A stretch of DNA of 64,000 bases, taken from assembly GCF_964355755.1 (NCBI RefSeq), contig NC_092678.1, positions 15,092,371 through 15,156,370 on the forward strand, given 5' to 3'. Numbering within the stretch: the stretch's first letter is position 1; the number at the start of each line of letters is the position of its first letter. The translations under genes and the position numbers were made by a program. Under the pieces are notes generated by a model that did not search any database, was not told the DNA's origin, and worked only from the letters and a program-made list of their open reading frames with translations. Shown one piece after another: positions 1-15,100 of the stretch. This stretch comes from Antedon mediterranea. Lineage: Eukaryota > Animalia > Echinodermata.

Positions 1-100
1 ACACACTCCACTACATGTGAATTTACTATATGGCAATCCTACAACAGAAATAGTGGATTGTCTCATACAACACGGCGCAGATGTATCGTCACAAAATGAG
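1..100 (+). CDS. Ankyrin exon (5' cut by window edge) [33 protein letters not shown]
   Basis: TPLH...IV..L..HGA ankyrin pattern; GAG|GTAACA donor, phase 0. Confidence 0.88.
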
Positions 101-3100
101 GTAACATACAATTTTAGGAGGTCTATTATGCCAGTATTAATAAACATTATCGGTTCAAGCAAACATCTCTATTCGATTCATGACGTCTCTTTTATAATTA
201 TATGAATTACTTAGAAGTATGTATTACAAATTCAAAAACAATTATAAAATAAAAAATTAATTAATTAAAAACTGTATTATGCAGAAATGCCATGATCGAT
301 ATGTGTTTGTAAAACAATTATAACTAAGTGCGTCTCGCCAATTATGACGTCATATAATCGATTGTCATTCACACATTTGTATTACAATTATAGTAGTTCT
401 TCAATTTCTCTGTCTATTTTTTTTAAAGTTGGTTAGAATATAATTAATATTCTTGAATTAATTTCATTGGGTCTTAATTTAACATAAACAAAATATGAAT
501 ACATTGCATGAATATGACTTCTTTCTAGTATGGAGACACTACACTACATAGGTATTTGTGATATTCTAACAGCAATAGTGACTTGTGTCACATAGTATGG
601 TGCATCAGTAACATCACAACATGTAGTAATGTACATACAATCATAGTGGTATTTATGTCATTATTGTGAAAACAGTATCTGTTCCAGCAAATATCTCTAT
701 TTCATTTATAATATGTAACTTATAATTAATATTAATTATTTTGAATTATTTATTGCGAATTTTAGAAGCAGTTATTGAATGAAGCAAGAAATGAAGACAT
801 GCCATAACCGACATGTTTTTTTAGAAACAATATTACATTGCATAAAATCAATTAATATTTAATTCACACATTGTATTACAATTATAGTAGCACTTTAATT
901 TATCTGTCTAGGTTGTTTAAGTTGGTTTATATTATATAATAATCGACTTTTGAAATAATTTTATTTGGGTCCTATTTTATAAAGGCGTAGACAAGTAGAC
1001 TGTTGCGTTGACGTTGGTCAGTACGGCATGCTATATGTAACAGGCTATGTATGGTAAATAATGTACAAATGAATTTAGCTGGTTTTTATTGTTTTGTACA
1101 CTCAGAAGATTTTGTCATAACAATGTAGAATTTATAACTATTATCAATGTGACATGACCAAAATATACGATTGCATTACAGCTGGAATTAATATTTACTA
1201 CTACATGGTTATGATTTCCTTCTAGTCTGGATATACTCCACTACATTTGTATTTACTATGTGCCAACCATACAACAGAAATAGTGGATTGTCTCATACAA
1301 CACGGCGCAGAAGTAACGTTACGAAATAAGGTAACATACAATTTTAGGAGGTCTAATATGCCAGTATTAATTAAAACATTATCGGTTTAAGCAAACATCT
1401 CAATTCCATTTATGACGTCTCTTTTATAATAATATGAATTATTTAGAAGTAGGTATTGCAAATTCAAAAACAGTTATTAAATAAAAAAAATAAATTAATC
1501 AAAAACTATATTTTGCAGACATGCCATGATCGATATGTGTTTGGAAAAACAATTATTCCATAGTATAACTAAGTGCGTCTCGCCAATTATGACGTCATAT
1601 AATCGATTGTAATTCAAACATTTGTATTACAAGTATAGTAGTTCTTAAATTTATCTGTCTATTTTTTTAAGCTGGTTAGAATATAATTATTATTCTTGAA
1701 CTAATTTCATTGGGTCTTAATTTAACATAACAAAAAAATATGAATAAATTACATGAATATGACTTCTTTCTAGTATGGAGACACTACACTACATAGGTAT
1801 TTGCGATATTCTAACAGCAATAGTGACTTGTGTCACATAGTATGGCGCATCAGTAACATCACAACATGTAGTAATGTACATACAATCATAGTGGTATTTA
1901 TGTAATTATTATGAAAACAGTATCTGTTCCAGCTAACATCTCTATTTTATTTATAATATGTAATTTATAATTAATATTGATTATTTTGAATTATTTATTG
2001 CGAATTTTAGAAGCAGTTATTAAATGAAACAAGAAATGAAGACATGCCATAACCGACATATATTTTTAGAAACAATATTACATTGCATAAAGTCAATTAA
2101 TATTAATTCACACATTGTATTACAATTATAATAACACTTCAATGTATCTGTCTAGGTTGTTTAAGTTGGTTTATATAATATATAATAATTAACTCTTGAA
2201 ATAATTGTATTTGGGTCCTATTTTATAAAGGCGTAGAAAAGTATACTGTTGCGTTGACGTTGGTCAGTACGGTATGCTATGTAACAAGCTATGTGTGGTA
2301 AATAATGTACAAAAGAATGTAGCTTGTTTTTATTGTTTTGTACATTGCGAAGATTTTGTCATAACAATGTAGAATTTACAACCATTATCAAAGTTGCATG
2401 ACCGAAATATATGATGGCATTACAGCTGGAATTGATATTTACTACTACATGATTATGATTTCTTTCTAGATTGGAGACACTCCACTACATTTGTATTTAC
2501 GATGGTCCAATCCTACAATAGAAATATTGGAATATCTCTTACAACACGGCGCATCTGTAACGTCACAAGATGAGGTAACATACAACTTTAGGAGGTCTAT
2601 TATGCCAGTATTAATAAAACATTATCGGTTCAAGCAAACATCTCTATTCCATTTATGACGTCTCTTTTATAATTATATGAATTATTTAGAAGTAGGTATT
2701 GCAAATTTAAAAATACTTATTAAATAAAAAAATAAATTAATTAAAAACTATATTATGCAGACATGCCATGATCGATATGTGTTTGTAAAAACAATTATTC
2801 CATAGTATGACTAAGTGCGTCTCGCCAATTATGACGTCATATAATCGATTGTAATTCAAACATTTGTATTACAATTATAGTAGTTCTTCAATTTATCTCT
2901 CTATTTTTTTAAGCTCGTTAGAATATAATTATTATTCTTGAACTAATTTCATTGGGTCTTAATTTAACATAACAAAAAAATATTAATACATTACATGAAT
3001 ATGACTTCTTTCTAGTATGGAGACAATACACTACATAGGTATTTGCGATATTCTAACAGCAATAGTGACTTGTCTCACATAGTATGGCGCATCAGTAACA

Positions 3101-6100
3101 TCACAACATGTAGTAATGTACATACAATCATAGTGGTATTTATGTCATTATTATGAAAACAGTATCTGTTCAAGCAAACATCTCTATTTCATTTATAACA
3201 TGTAATTTATAATAAATATTAATTATTTTGATTTATTTATTGCGAATTTTAGAAGCAGTTATTGAATGAAGAAAGAAATGAAGACATGTCATAACCGACA
3301 TGTTTTTTAGAAACAATATTACATTGCATAAAAGTCAATTAATATTAATTCACACATTATATTACAATTATAGTAGCACTTCAAGTTATCTGTCTAGTTT
3401 GTTTAAGTTGGTTTAAATAATATAATAATCAACTCTTGGAATACTTTTATTTGGATCCTATTTTATAAAGGCCTAAATTTTCTTTTTTTATGCAATCAAA
3501 TACGATAGATAAGTACGAAATTATGTGGAATGTTTTGGCCTTCCGAAAAAATTGTATTTATTTTGTTTGAACTATGTCAAAGGTCAAATGTCAAATAATG
3601 CAATTCAGTGACCACAAAAAGTAATCCTTATATATACAGGCCTCACGTCCTGGGACAGTAAATTACCCCCATATGGGATACGGGCCACGTATTCAAAGGG
3701 TTAAGTGTCTATTTTGTTTTATTTCTAAAAGCAATCAATTTTAAATACAAATTTGCAGAGTCATCGCAAATGATATTAGTGCTCACTGTAAAATGAATGT
3801 TTGAAAATCCATGCAGTCAAAAAATTATCTTTGTTTTTGTTTTTTTGTGTGTAAAAATATTAAAATTATAGACGTTTGTTGTGTTATTGATTAATATGTC
3901 AGTTATTTTCCGTCCTCATATTTGGTATAAGAAAAGAATACTGCATTTCATTGTCGTCTGGTAAATTATCGTGTTTTATAAAAGTTTCCAAAGTGTAATT
4001 ATCATTTCCGTCTGGATAACAGTGATAAAAGTTGAATTTACTTGAATATTCTTGCAGTCTCCCGTTGTTGTTCAGTTGAATGTCTTGATTTGTGGTGTTA
4101 ATAATGTTTGGTGGTTTGTATTTAAGATGATTAGCAATATATCTTTTCTGTTAGTGTAGGCCAAATTAGAAAGAAGTGAATATAATTGCAACTTCGTCCT
4201 CATTGTTTGTACCTCCTTAAATACAATAGCTTACATTCTTTGCAAATAAATTACATAAAACAAACAATTAAAAATCAACCAAAAAATAACAAAACACAGT
4301 GTAAGCATAATGTACTTCACACTATTTCATATCATACACCTATCGGGAGCTAATGAAATTACCAGCCAATCAGATATTATATCGGCCTAAAAATGAGCCA
4401 ATTCCCGTTTCACCTTGGCCGAATCATCCCGCATTCAGCTATTTCATAGACCTTGTATTTATTGAGAAACATAACCTACGGTAGCCTAGTGTTATCACTG
4501 TATTTAGTGTTTGGAAAAATGGTAAAGGGTTGCCGAATTAAGTTTGGCGGGAGCGATGTTCATGAGGTGGAAACATGAGCAAGAATACAGTTTTGTAGGC
4601 CTACCGCCCGTTTTATTTGAAATGTGGCACGGAGTTCTGCCGCTATATTATAACTTCAGCTGCGCTATTCACATCACGTGTGCTCTCTCGATATCGATAT
4701 TGCTACTTACCCTAGTGATCTAATTGTGACGAATGAAAATGGCCAATAATTTCCGAAAGCGGCCTTCGGCAATTGCAAAGAAATTGGCCTAAAACACATT
4801 TTTTCGTAGACATTTTCGTTATGATATAGACTAATGGATAGAGGAGAATTAAAAGGTGCCCCATCTCGAACGGCGCTAGAATCAGTTTGGGAGGAGATTT
4901 TGGCTTAGTGCTATTATAGATTGAGCCCACGTTCACAGACCAATAATACACCAGCAAACCCTTTTATTTTAATTTGTTTTTGTTGTATTATAATTACTTT
5001 TCTACAATTATTTGCTGCAATAACATGTATGTATAAACATCATGATTATGAATTAATTATACGACGGAATTTCCCATGTCACATACATATCTCTAAAGCC
5101 TAATTTATTGAATAAACGTCCTGCTTTGAATAAATTCCCTCTCAGATAGACAAATAGAGTGAGTGAGTGGCCGAGCGGTTAAGAGAGTGGAACCGTAGCC
5201 ATAACGTAAGGGGTCAAGGCTCACTCGCTCCATGGTTCTTCTGGTGGTAGAGAAAGAGTCTTCTCGGATAAAGACTATAAACCGTAGGTCCAGTATACAA
5301 ATCTAGCTCATGTGCATTTTAAAGAAAGTAGTGCATATTATATTTATACGAGTAGGTGGTTACACCGTTGTACTACATTACTAAGCAGCCACAAACTAAC
5401 TAACGAGGGCCCTTCCTTAAAAAAAAACTGGATAGGCCACCCTCATTAAATATGGTAATAAATAAAAATAAATAGAATCTCAAAAATGGTATACTTACCA
5501 TCTAAGATACCGACAAAAAAGTTTAGGTTTAGTTCTACGAATTGATCATTATATTTGACCAATATATATCCATTCAAACATGCATAACATTTAAAAGTAG
5601 TTGAAGATGTATTGTCCCCTTGACAAAATAATTGGTTTACATTTTTGGTTGAATATGCCATTTTAATTTCACGTAATAGTTATTCACTTTGACCAAAGTT
5701 TGGATTGAAAAAAAAATATTTACCTGAGAAAACTGTATTGTAAATCAAAATATTGTAAAATTGTATGCAAGACAATGAATAAGTAAAATCATTATTTTCT
5801 TTGGGTTTTTTTCTTATAGAAGTGAATAGTTTTATTAAAACTGCAAAATTATCTATTCAAAGTCTGACTTTATAGCTCTTTAATGTTCATGATTTTGGGG
5901 GCAATACATCTTTAATTAATAATAATAATTATTATTATTATATGGTAGCCAATCACCAAAAATGGTGGTTGCCCAAACGGCCATACATCATTGTACAACC
6001 TGGAATCTCTCAACCACCCGATTCCTACCTCTGGATTATCTAGCTGTGTGTCAGACAATTCTAAATTAATGTGAAACTGCAGTTCTAATTAAAGTTGGTA

Positions 6101-9100
6101 CCATATTTTACGATTTGTATCAACTATTAAACAGTAGCTGTTTCGTCTGGATGTAATGTGGTTGTCTCACGCCATGAGCAGCAGATTTGATCTGATGTTT
6201 TTTGATATTATGATGATGTGTTTTCTTTTTTAAATATCTCTAACAATCTAGATTTTCAACTTTTCAATTATTAGTTGTATCATCATCCTCACCATATCCT
6301 TTTCAAATACATCTCTTATCACTATTGTTGATCATCTTTTAAACCACTTTCCGATTTGCTGGAACCATTTTAAACAACTGAGCCAATGTAAGATGCAATG
6401 CCTCGCGAGCTTATGAATACGTTGTAATAAGCCAGCTTTACTACAATTCTGGTGTTGTAGTTGTTCAAGAGTCGCTTATATTCGGCAAACTTTGATTTTG
6501 CAATCATTTCAAAGTTACCGGTTCCCATTTCTTTATAAATGATCAAACTATCAAGTGATCTAAAACTTTCTGACTTTCTTACTGCATTTCACCATTCCTA
6601 ATAATGGAGTATGGGTATTATTCATGTTTTCAGTTGTTACATTATATAACAGTATTTCATTTCATTATTTATTCTGTCTATTTCAATATATAAATAACAA
6701 AATGGTCAACCTAAGTGAACTTAATCACTGTAGCGGAGCCGGTTGACCCAACCCCAAAGTTATTTATAAGACTCATTATATTTGATGTTTATGACTTCTT
6801 CACAGGCAGGAAACACACCGATCAATATTTATCTGAGTCGTGGTGATGTGGAATTAGAGATATTGTTTTGTCTGATAACCAATGGTGTATCCCCCACATT
6901 AACAAAAGAGGTAATTCGTCATAAAAATGTAAATTGAAATAAATCACACTGGTTGTTTTTGTTCATCCTATAATTACCTTCAAGTGTAAGAAGGTAATGT
7001 ACTATTGTACTATGTTGTTTAATTATTATTAACACGTTGTAACTGCTCTTGGTATAATATATTTAGCTCCTTTCAATTAATTTGATTTAGTTATCCATGT
7101 TGCATAATCAATCGAAGAGAAATATTTATTTATTAAAAATATAACATTTTTTATTTGTTTAGGAAGGAAGCAATGCTCTACATGTACATCTAAGTGGTAG
7201 ATATGTTAAACCTACGTTAGAAATAGTGACTAATCTCATTAAACTTGGTGTATCTCCAACATTACAGAATAAGGTAAAGTACATAAGAGTGGGCATATAT
7301 TCCCGTGATCTAACATTGTGTAATTATCGGGTGGCACTCAAACACACCTCAGATCACGAGTATGGTGTTGTTCATAACTCTATACCTGTACAAGAGTAGT
7401 TACAGCAATCAAATACAGTTGGACACCACTAACGTTCGTGGTACCGAGATTAAATCTCTAAATAGGAAATGAAAATATGTTTTTAATTATCCGCATGATT
7501 TGTTTAATTGCATAAAGTCAATTAATATTAATTCACACATTATATTACAATTTTAGTAGCACTTCAAATTATCTGTCTAGTTTGTTTAAGTTGGTTTAAA
7601 TAATATAATAATCAACTCTTAGAATACTTTTATTTGGATCCTATTTCATAAAGGCCTAAATTTTCTTTTTTTATTCAATCAAATACGATAGATAAGTACG
7701 AAATTATGTGGAATGTTTTGGCCTTCCGAAAAAATTGCATTTATTTTGTTTGAACTATGTCAAAGGTAAAATGTCAAATAATGCAATTCAGTGACCACAA
7801 AAAGTAATCCGTATATACAGGCCTCACGTCCTGGGACAGTAAATTACCCCCGCATGGGATACGGGCCACGTATTCAAAGGGTTAAGTGTCTATTTTGTTT
7901 TATTTCTAAAAGCAGCAATTTTAAATACAAATTTGCAGAGTCATCGCAAATGATATTAGTTCTCACTGTAAAATGAATGTTTGAAAATCCATGCGGTCAA
8001 AAAATTATCTTTGTTTTTGTTTTTTTTTGTGTAAAAATATTAAAATAATAGACGTTTGTTGTGTTATTGATTAATATCATGTCACTTATTTTCCGTCCTC
8101 ATATTTGGTAGAAGAAAAGAATAGGGCATTTCATTGTCGTCTGGTAAATTATCGTGTTTTATAAAAGTTTCCGAAGTGTAATTATCATTTCCGTCTGGAT
8201 AGCAGTGATAATAGTTGAATTTACTTGAATATTCTTGCAGTCTCCCGTTGTTGTTCAGTTGAATGTCTTGATTTGTGGTGGTAATAATGTTTGGTGGTTT
8301 GTATTTAAGATGATTAGCAATATATATATTTTCTGGTAGTGTAGGCCAAATTAGAAAGAAGTAAATATAATTGCAACTTCGTCCTCATTGTTTGTACCTC
8401 CTTATATACAATAGCTTACATTCTTTGCAAATAAATTACATAAAACAAACAATTAAAAATCAACCAAAAAATAACAAAACACAGTGTAAGCATAATGTAC
8501 TTCACACCATTTCATATTATACACCTATCGGGAGCTAATGAAATTACCAGCCAATCAGATATTATATCGGCCTAAAAGTGAGTCGATTCCCGTTACACCT
8601 TTGCCGAATCATCCCGCATTCAGCTATTTCATAGACCTTCTATTTATTGAGAAACATAACCTACGGTAGCCTAGTGTTATCACTGCATTTGGTGTTTGGA
8701 AAAATGGTAAAGGGTTGCTGAATTATGTTTGGCGGGAGCGATGTTCATGATATAGAAACATGAGCAAGAATACAGTTTTGTAGGCCTACCGCCCGTTTTA
8801 TTTGAAATGTGGCACGGAGTTCTGCCGCTATATTATAACTGCAGCTGCGCTGTTCACATGACGTGTGCTCTCTCGATATCGATATTGCTACTTACCCTAG
8901 TGATCTAATTGTGACGAATGAAAATAGCCAGTAATTTCCGAAAGCAGCATTCGGCAATTGCAAAGAAATTGGCCTAAAACACATTTTTTCGTAGACATTT
9001 TCGTTATAATATAGACTAATGGATAGAGGAGAATTAAAAGGTGCCCCATCTCGAACGGCGCTAGTGTCAGTTTGGGAGGAGATTTTGGCTTAGTGCTATT

Positions 9101-12100
9101 ATAGATTGAGCCCACGTTCACAGACCAATAATACACCAGCAAACCCTTTTATTTTAATTTGTTTTTTGTTTTATTATAATTACTTTTCTACAATTATTTG
9201 CTGCAATAACATGTATGTATAAACATCATGATTATGAATTAATTATACGACGGAAATTCCCATGTCACATACATATCTCTAAAGCCCAATTTATTGAATA
9301 AACGTCCTGCTTTGAATAAATTCCCTCTCAGATAGACAAATAGAGTGAGTGAGTGGCCGAGCGGTTAAGAGAGTGGAACCGTAGCCATAACGTAAGGGGT
9401 CGAGGCTCACTCGCTCCATGGTTCTGGTGGTAGAGAAAGAGTCTTCTCGGATAAAGACTATAAACCGTAGGTCCAGTGTACAAATCTAGTTCATGTGCAT
9501 TTTAAAGAAAGTAGTGCATATTATATTTATACGAGTAGGTGGTTACACCGTTGTACTACATTACTAAGCAGCCACAAACTAACTAACGAGGGCCCTTCCT
9601 TCAAAAGAACTGGATAGGCCACCCTCATTAAATATGGTAATAAATAAAAAAAATTAGAATCTCAAAAATGGTATACTTACCATCTAAGATACCGACAAAA
9701 AAGTTTAGGTTTAGTTCTACGAATTGATCATTATATTTGACCAATATATTTATATCCATTCAAACATGCATAACATTTAAAAGTAGTTGAAGATGTATTG
9801 TCCCCTTGAAAAAATAATTGGTTTACATTTTTTGTTGAATATGCCATTTTAATTTCACGTAATAGTTATTCACTTTGACCAAAGTTTGGATCGAAAAAAA
9901 AATATTTACCTGAGAAAACTGTAATGTAAATCAAAACATTGTAAAATTGTATGCAAGACAATGAATAAGTAAAATCATTATTTTCTTTGGGTTTTTTTCT
10001 TATAGAAGTGAATAGTTTTATTAAAACTGCAAAATGATCTATTCAAAGTCTGACTTTATAGCTCTTTAATTTTCATGATTTTGGGGGCAATACATCTTTA
10101 ATTAATAATAATAATTATTATTATATGGTAGCCAATCACCAAAAATGGTTGTTGCCCAAACGGCCATACATCATTGTACAACCTGGAGTCTCTCAACCAC
10201 CCGATTCCTACCTCTGGATTATCTAGCTGTGTGTCAGACAATTCTAAACTAATGTGAAACTGCAGTTCTAATTAAAGTTGGTACCATATTTTACGATTTT
10301 TATCAACTATTAAACAGTAGCTGTTTCGTCTGGATGTAATGTGGTTGTCTCACGCCATGAGCAGCAAATTTGATCTGATGTTTTTTGATATTATGATGAT
10401 GTGTTTTCTGTTTTAAATATCTCTAACAATCTAGATTTTCAACTTTTCAATTATTAGTTGTATCATCATCCTCACCATATCCTTTTCAAATACATCTCTT
10501 ATCACTATTGTTGACAATCGTTTGAACCACTTTCCGATATGCTGGAACCATTTTAAATTACTGAACCAATGTAAGATGCAATGCCTCGCAAGCTTATGAA
10601 TGCGTTGTAATAAGCCAGCTTTACTCCAATCCTGGTGTTGTAGTTGTTCAAGAGTCGCTTATATTCGGCAAACTTTGATTTTGCAATCATTTCAAAGTTA
10701 CCGGTTCCCATTTCTTTATAAATGATCAAACTATCAAGTGATCTAAAACTTTCTGACTTTCTTACTGCATTTCACCATTCCTAATAATGGAGTATGGGTA
10801 TTATTCATGTTTTCAGTTGTTACATTATATAACAGTATTTCATTTCATTATTTATTCTGTCTATTTCAATATATAAATAACAAAATGGTCAACCTAAGTG
10901 AACTTAATCACTGTAGCGGAGCCGGTTGACCCAACCCCAAAGTTATTTATAAGACTCATTATATTTGATGTTTATGAATTCTTCACAGGCAGGAAACACA
11001 CCGATCAATATTTATCTGAGTCGTCGTGATGTGGAATTAGAGATATTGTTTTGTCTGATAACCAATGGTGTATCCCCCACATTAACAAAAGAGGTAATTC
11101 GTCATAAAAATGTATATTGAAATAAAGCATACTGGTTGTTTTTGTTCATCCTATAATTACCTTCAAGTGTAAGAAGGTAATGTACTATTGTACTATGTTG
11201 TTTAATTATTATTAACACGTTGCAACTGCTCTTGGTATAATATATTTAGCTCCTTTCAATTAATTTGATTTAGTTATCCATGTTGCATAATCAATCGAAG
11301 AGAAATATTTATTTATTAAAAATATAACATTTTTTATTTGTTTAGGAAGGAAGCAATGCTCTACATGTACATCTAAGTGGTAGATATGTTAAACCTACGT
11401 TAGGAATAGTGACTAATCTTATTAAACTTGGTGTATCTCCAACATTACAGAATAAGGTAAAGTACATAAGAGTGGGCATATATTCCCGTGATCTAATATT
11501 GTGTAATTATCGGGTGGCACTCAAGCACACATCAGATCACGAGTATGGTGTTGTTCATAACTCTATACCTGCACAAGAGTAGTTACAGCAATCAAATACA
11601 GTTGGACACCACTAACGTTCGTGGTACTGAGATTAAATCTCTAAATAGGAAATGAAAAAATGTTTTTAATTATCCGCATGATTTGTTTAATTGCATAAAG
11701 TCAATTAATATTAATTCACACATTATATTACAATTATAGTAGCACTTCAAATTATCTGTCTAGTTTGTTTAAGTTGGTTTAAATAATATAATAATCAACT
11801 CTTGGAATACATTTATTTGGATCCTATTTCATAAAGGCCTAAATTTTCTTTTTTTATTCAATCAAATACGATAGATAAATACGAAATTATGTGGAATGTT
11901 TTGGCCTTCCGAAAAAATTGCATTTATTTTGTTTGAACTATGTCAAAGGTCAAATGTCAAATAATGCAATTCAGTGACCACAAAAAGTAATCCGTATATA
12001 CAGGCCTCACGTCCTGGGACAGTAAATTACCCCCGTATGGGATACGGGCCACGTATTCAAAGGGTTAAATGTCTATTTTGTTTTATTTCTAAAAGCAAGC

Positions 12101-15100
12101 AATTTTAAATACAAATTTGGAGAGTCATCGCAAATGATATTAGTGCTCACTGTAAAATGAATGTTTGAAAATCCATGCAGTCAAAAAATTATCTTTGTTT
12201 TTGTTTTTTTTTTGTGTAAAAATATTAAAATAATAGACGTTTGTTGTGTTATTGATTAATATCATGTCAGTTATTTTCCGTTCTCATATTTGGTATAAGA
12301 AAAGAATACTGCATTTCATTGTCGTCTGGTAAATTATCGTATTTTATAAAAGTTTCTGAAGTGTAATTATCATTTCCGTCTGGATAACAGTGATAATAGT
12401 TAAATTTACTTGAATATTCTTGCAGTCTCCCGTTGTTGTTCAGTTGATTGTCTTGATTTGTGGTGGTAATAATGTTTGGTGGTTTGTATTTAAGATGATT
12501 AGCAATATATATTTTCTGGTAGTGTAGGCCAAATTAGAAAGAAGTAAATATAATTGCAACTTCGTCCTCATTGTTTGTACCTCCTTATATACAATAGCTT
12601 ACATTCTTTGCAAATAAATTACATAAAACAAACAATTAAAAATCAACCAAAAAATAGCAAAACACAGTGTAAGCATAATGTACTTCACACCATTTCATAT
12701 TATACACCTATCGGGAGCTAATGAAATTACCAGCCAATCAGATATTATATCGGCCTAAAAGTGAGCCGATTCCCGTTACACCTTTGCCGAATCATCCCGC
12801 ATTCAGCTATTTCATAGACCTTGTATTTATTGAGAAACATAACCTACGGTAGCCTAGTGTTATCACTGCATTTGGTGTTTGGAAAAATGGTAAAGGGTTG
12901 CTGAATTAAGTTTGGCGGGAGCGATGTTCATGATATAGAAACATGAGCAAGAATACAGTTTTGTAGGCCTACCGCCCGTTTTATTTGAAATGTGGCACGG
13001 AGTTCTGCCGCTATATTATAACTGCAGCTGCGCTGTTCACATGACGTGTGCTCTCTCGATATCGATATTGCTACTTACCCTAGTGATCTAATTGTGACGA
13101 ATGAAAATAGCCAGTAATTTCCGAAAGCGGCATTCGGCAATTGCAAAGAAATTGGCCTAAAACACATTTTTTCGTAGACATTTTCGTTATAATATAGACT
13201 AATGGATAGAGGAGAATTAAAAGGTGCCCCATCTCGAACGGCGCTAGTGTCAGTTTGGGAGGAGATTTTGGCTTAGTGCTATTATAGATTGAGCCCACGT
13301 TCACAGACCAATAATACACCAGCAAACCCTTTTATTTTAATTTGTTTTTTGTTTTATTATAATTACTTTTCTACAATTATTTGCTGCAATAACATGTATG
13401 TATAAACATCATGATTATGAATTAATTATACGACGGAAATTCCCATGTCACATACATATCTCTAAAGCCCAATTTATTGAATAAACGTCCTGCTTTGAAT
13501 AAATTCCCTCTCAGATAGACAAATAGAGTGAGTGAGTGGCCGAGCGGTTAAGAGAGTGGAACCGTAGCCATAACGTAAGGGGTCGAGGCTCACTCGCTCC
13601 ATGGTTCTGGTGGTAGAGAAAGAGTCTTCTCGGATAAAGACTATAAACCATAGGTCCAGTGTACAAATCTAGCTCATGTGCATTTTAAAGAAAGTAGTGC
13701 ATATTTTATTTATACGAGTAGGTGGTTACACCGTTGTACTACATTACTAAGCAGCCACAAACTAACTCACGAGGGCCCTTCCTTCAAAAGAACTGGATAG
13801 GCCACCCTCATTAAATATGGTAATAAATTTAAAAAAATAGAATCTCAAAAATGGTATACTTACCATCTAAGATACCGACAAAAAAGTTTAGGTTTAGTTC
13901 TACGAATTGATCATTATATTTGACCAATATATTTATATCCATTCAAACATGCATAACATTTAAAAGTAGTTGAAGATGTATTGTCCCCTTGAAAAAATAA
14001 TTGGTTTACATTTTTTGTTGAATATGCCATTTTAATTTCACGTAATAGTTATTCACTTTGACCAAAGTTTGGATCGAAAAAAAAATATTTACCTGAGAAA
14101 ACTGTAATGTAAATCAAAACATTGTAAAATTGTATGCAAGACAATGAATAAGTAAAATCATTATTTTCTTTGGGTTTTTTTCTTATAGAAGTGAATAGTT
14201 TTATTAAAACTGCAAAATTATCTATTCAAAGTCTGACTTTATAGCTCTTTAATGTTCATGATTTTGGGGGCAATACATCTTTAATTAATAATAATAATTA
14301 TTATTATTATATGGTAGCCAATCACCAAAAATGGTGGTTGCCCAAACGGCCATACATCATTGTACAACCTGGAATCTCTCAACCACCCGATTCCTACCTC
14401 TGGATTATCTAGCTGTGTGTCAGACAATTCTAAATTAATGTGAAACTGCAGTTTTAATTAAAGTTGGTACCATATTTTACAATTTTTATCAACTATTAAA
14501 CAGTAGCTGTTTCGTCTGGATGTAATGTGGTTGTCTCACGCCATGAGCAGCAAATTTGATCTGATGTTTTTTGATATTATGATGATGTGTTTTCTGTTTT
14601 AAATATCTCTAACAATCTAGATTTTCAACTTTTCAATTATTAGTTGTATCATCATCCTCACCATATCCTTTTCAAATACATCTCTTATCACTATTGTTGA
14701 CAATCGTTTGAACCACTTTCCGATATGCTGGAACCATTTTAAACTACTGAGCCAATGTAAGATGCAATGCCTCGCGAGCTTATGAATACGTTGTAATAAG
14801 CCAGCTTTACTACAATCCTGGTGTTGTAGTTGTTCAAGAGTCTCTTATATTCGGCAAACTTTGATTTTGCAATCATTTCAAAGTTACCGGTTCCCATTTC
14901 TTTATAAATGATCAAACTATCAAGTGATCTAAAACTTTCTGACTTTCTTACTGCATTTCACCATTCCTAATAATGGAGTATGGGTATTATTCATGTTTCA
15001 GTTGTTACATTATATAACAGTGTTTCATTTCATTATTTATTCTGTCTATTTCAATATATAAATAACAAAATGGTCAACCTAAGTGAACTTAATCACTGTA

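Larger units (their letters stand above)
1..3472 (+). repeat. Tandem array of ~1.24-kb units (about 2.8 copies), each with one intact and one dead ankyrin exon
   Basis: Intron sequence recurs with ~1243-bp period (dead exons at 529, 1774, 3016). Confidence 0.92.

Noticed and set aside
4712-4957. 81-aa minus-strand ORF repeated five times (also the 67-105-aa ORFs near 5446, 18001, 21033)
   Set aside because: Recurs only because the unit is duplicated; no motif, and it straddles unrelated repeat and intron segments
5161-5235. tRNA gene (also 35802-35872 and 35990-36057)
   Set aside because: A/B boxes only; no convincing cloverleaf, embedded in SINE or MITE bodies
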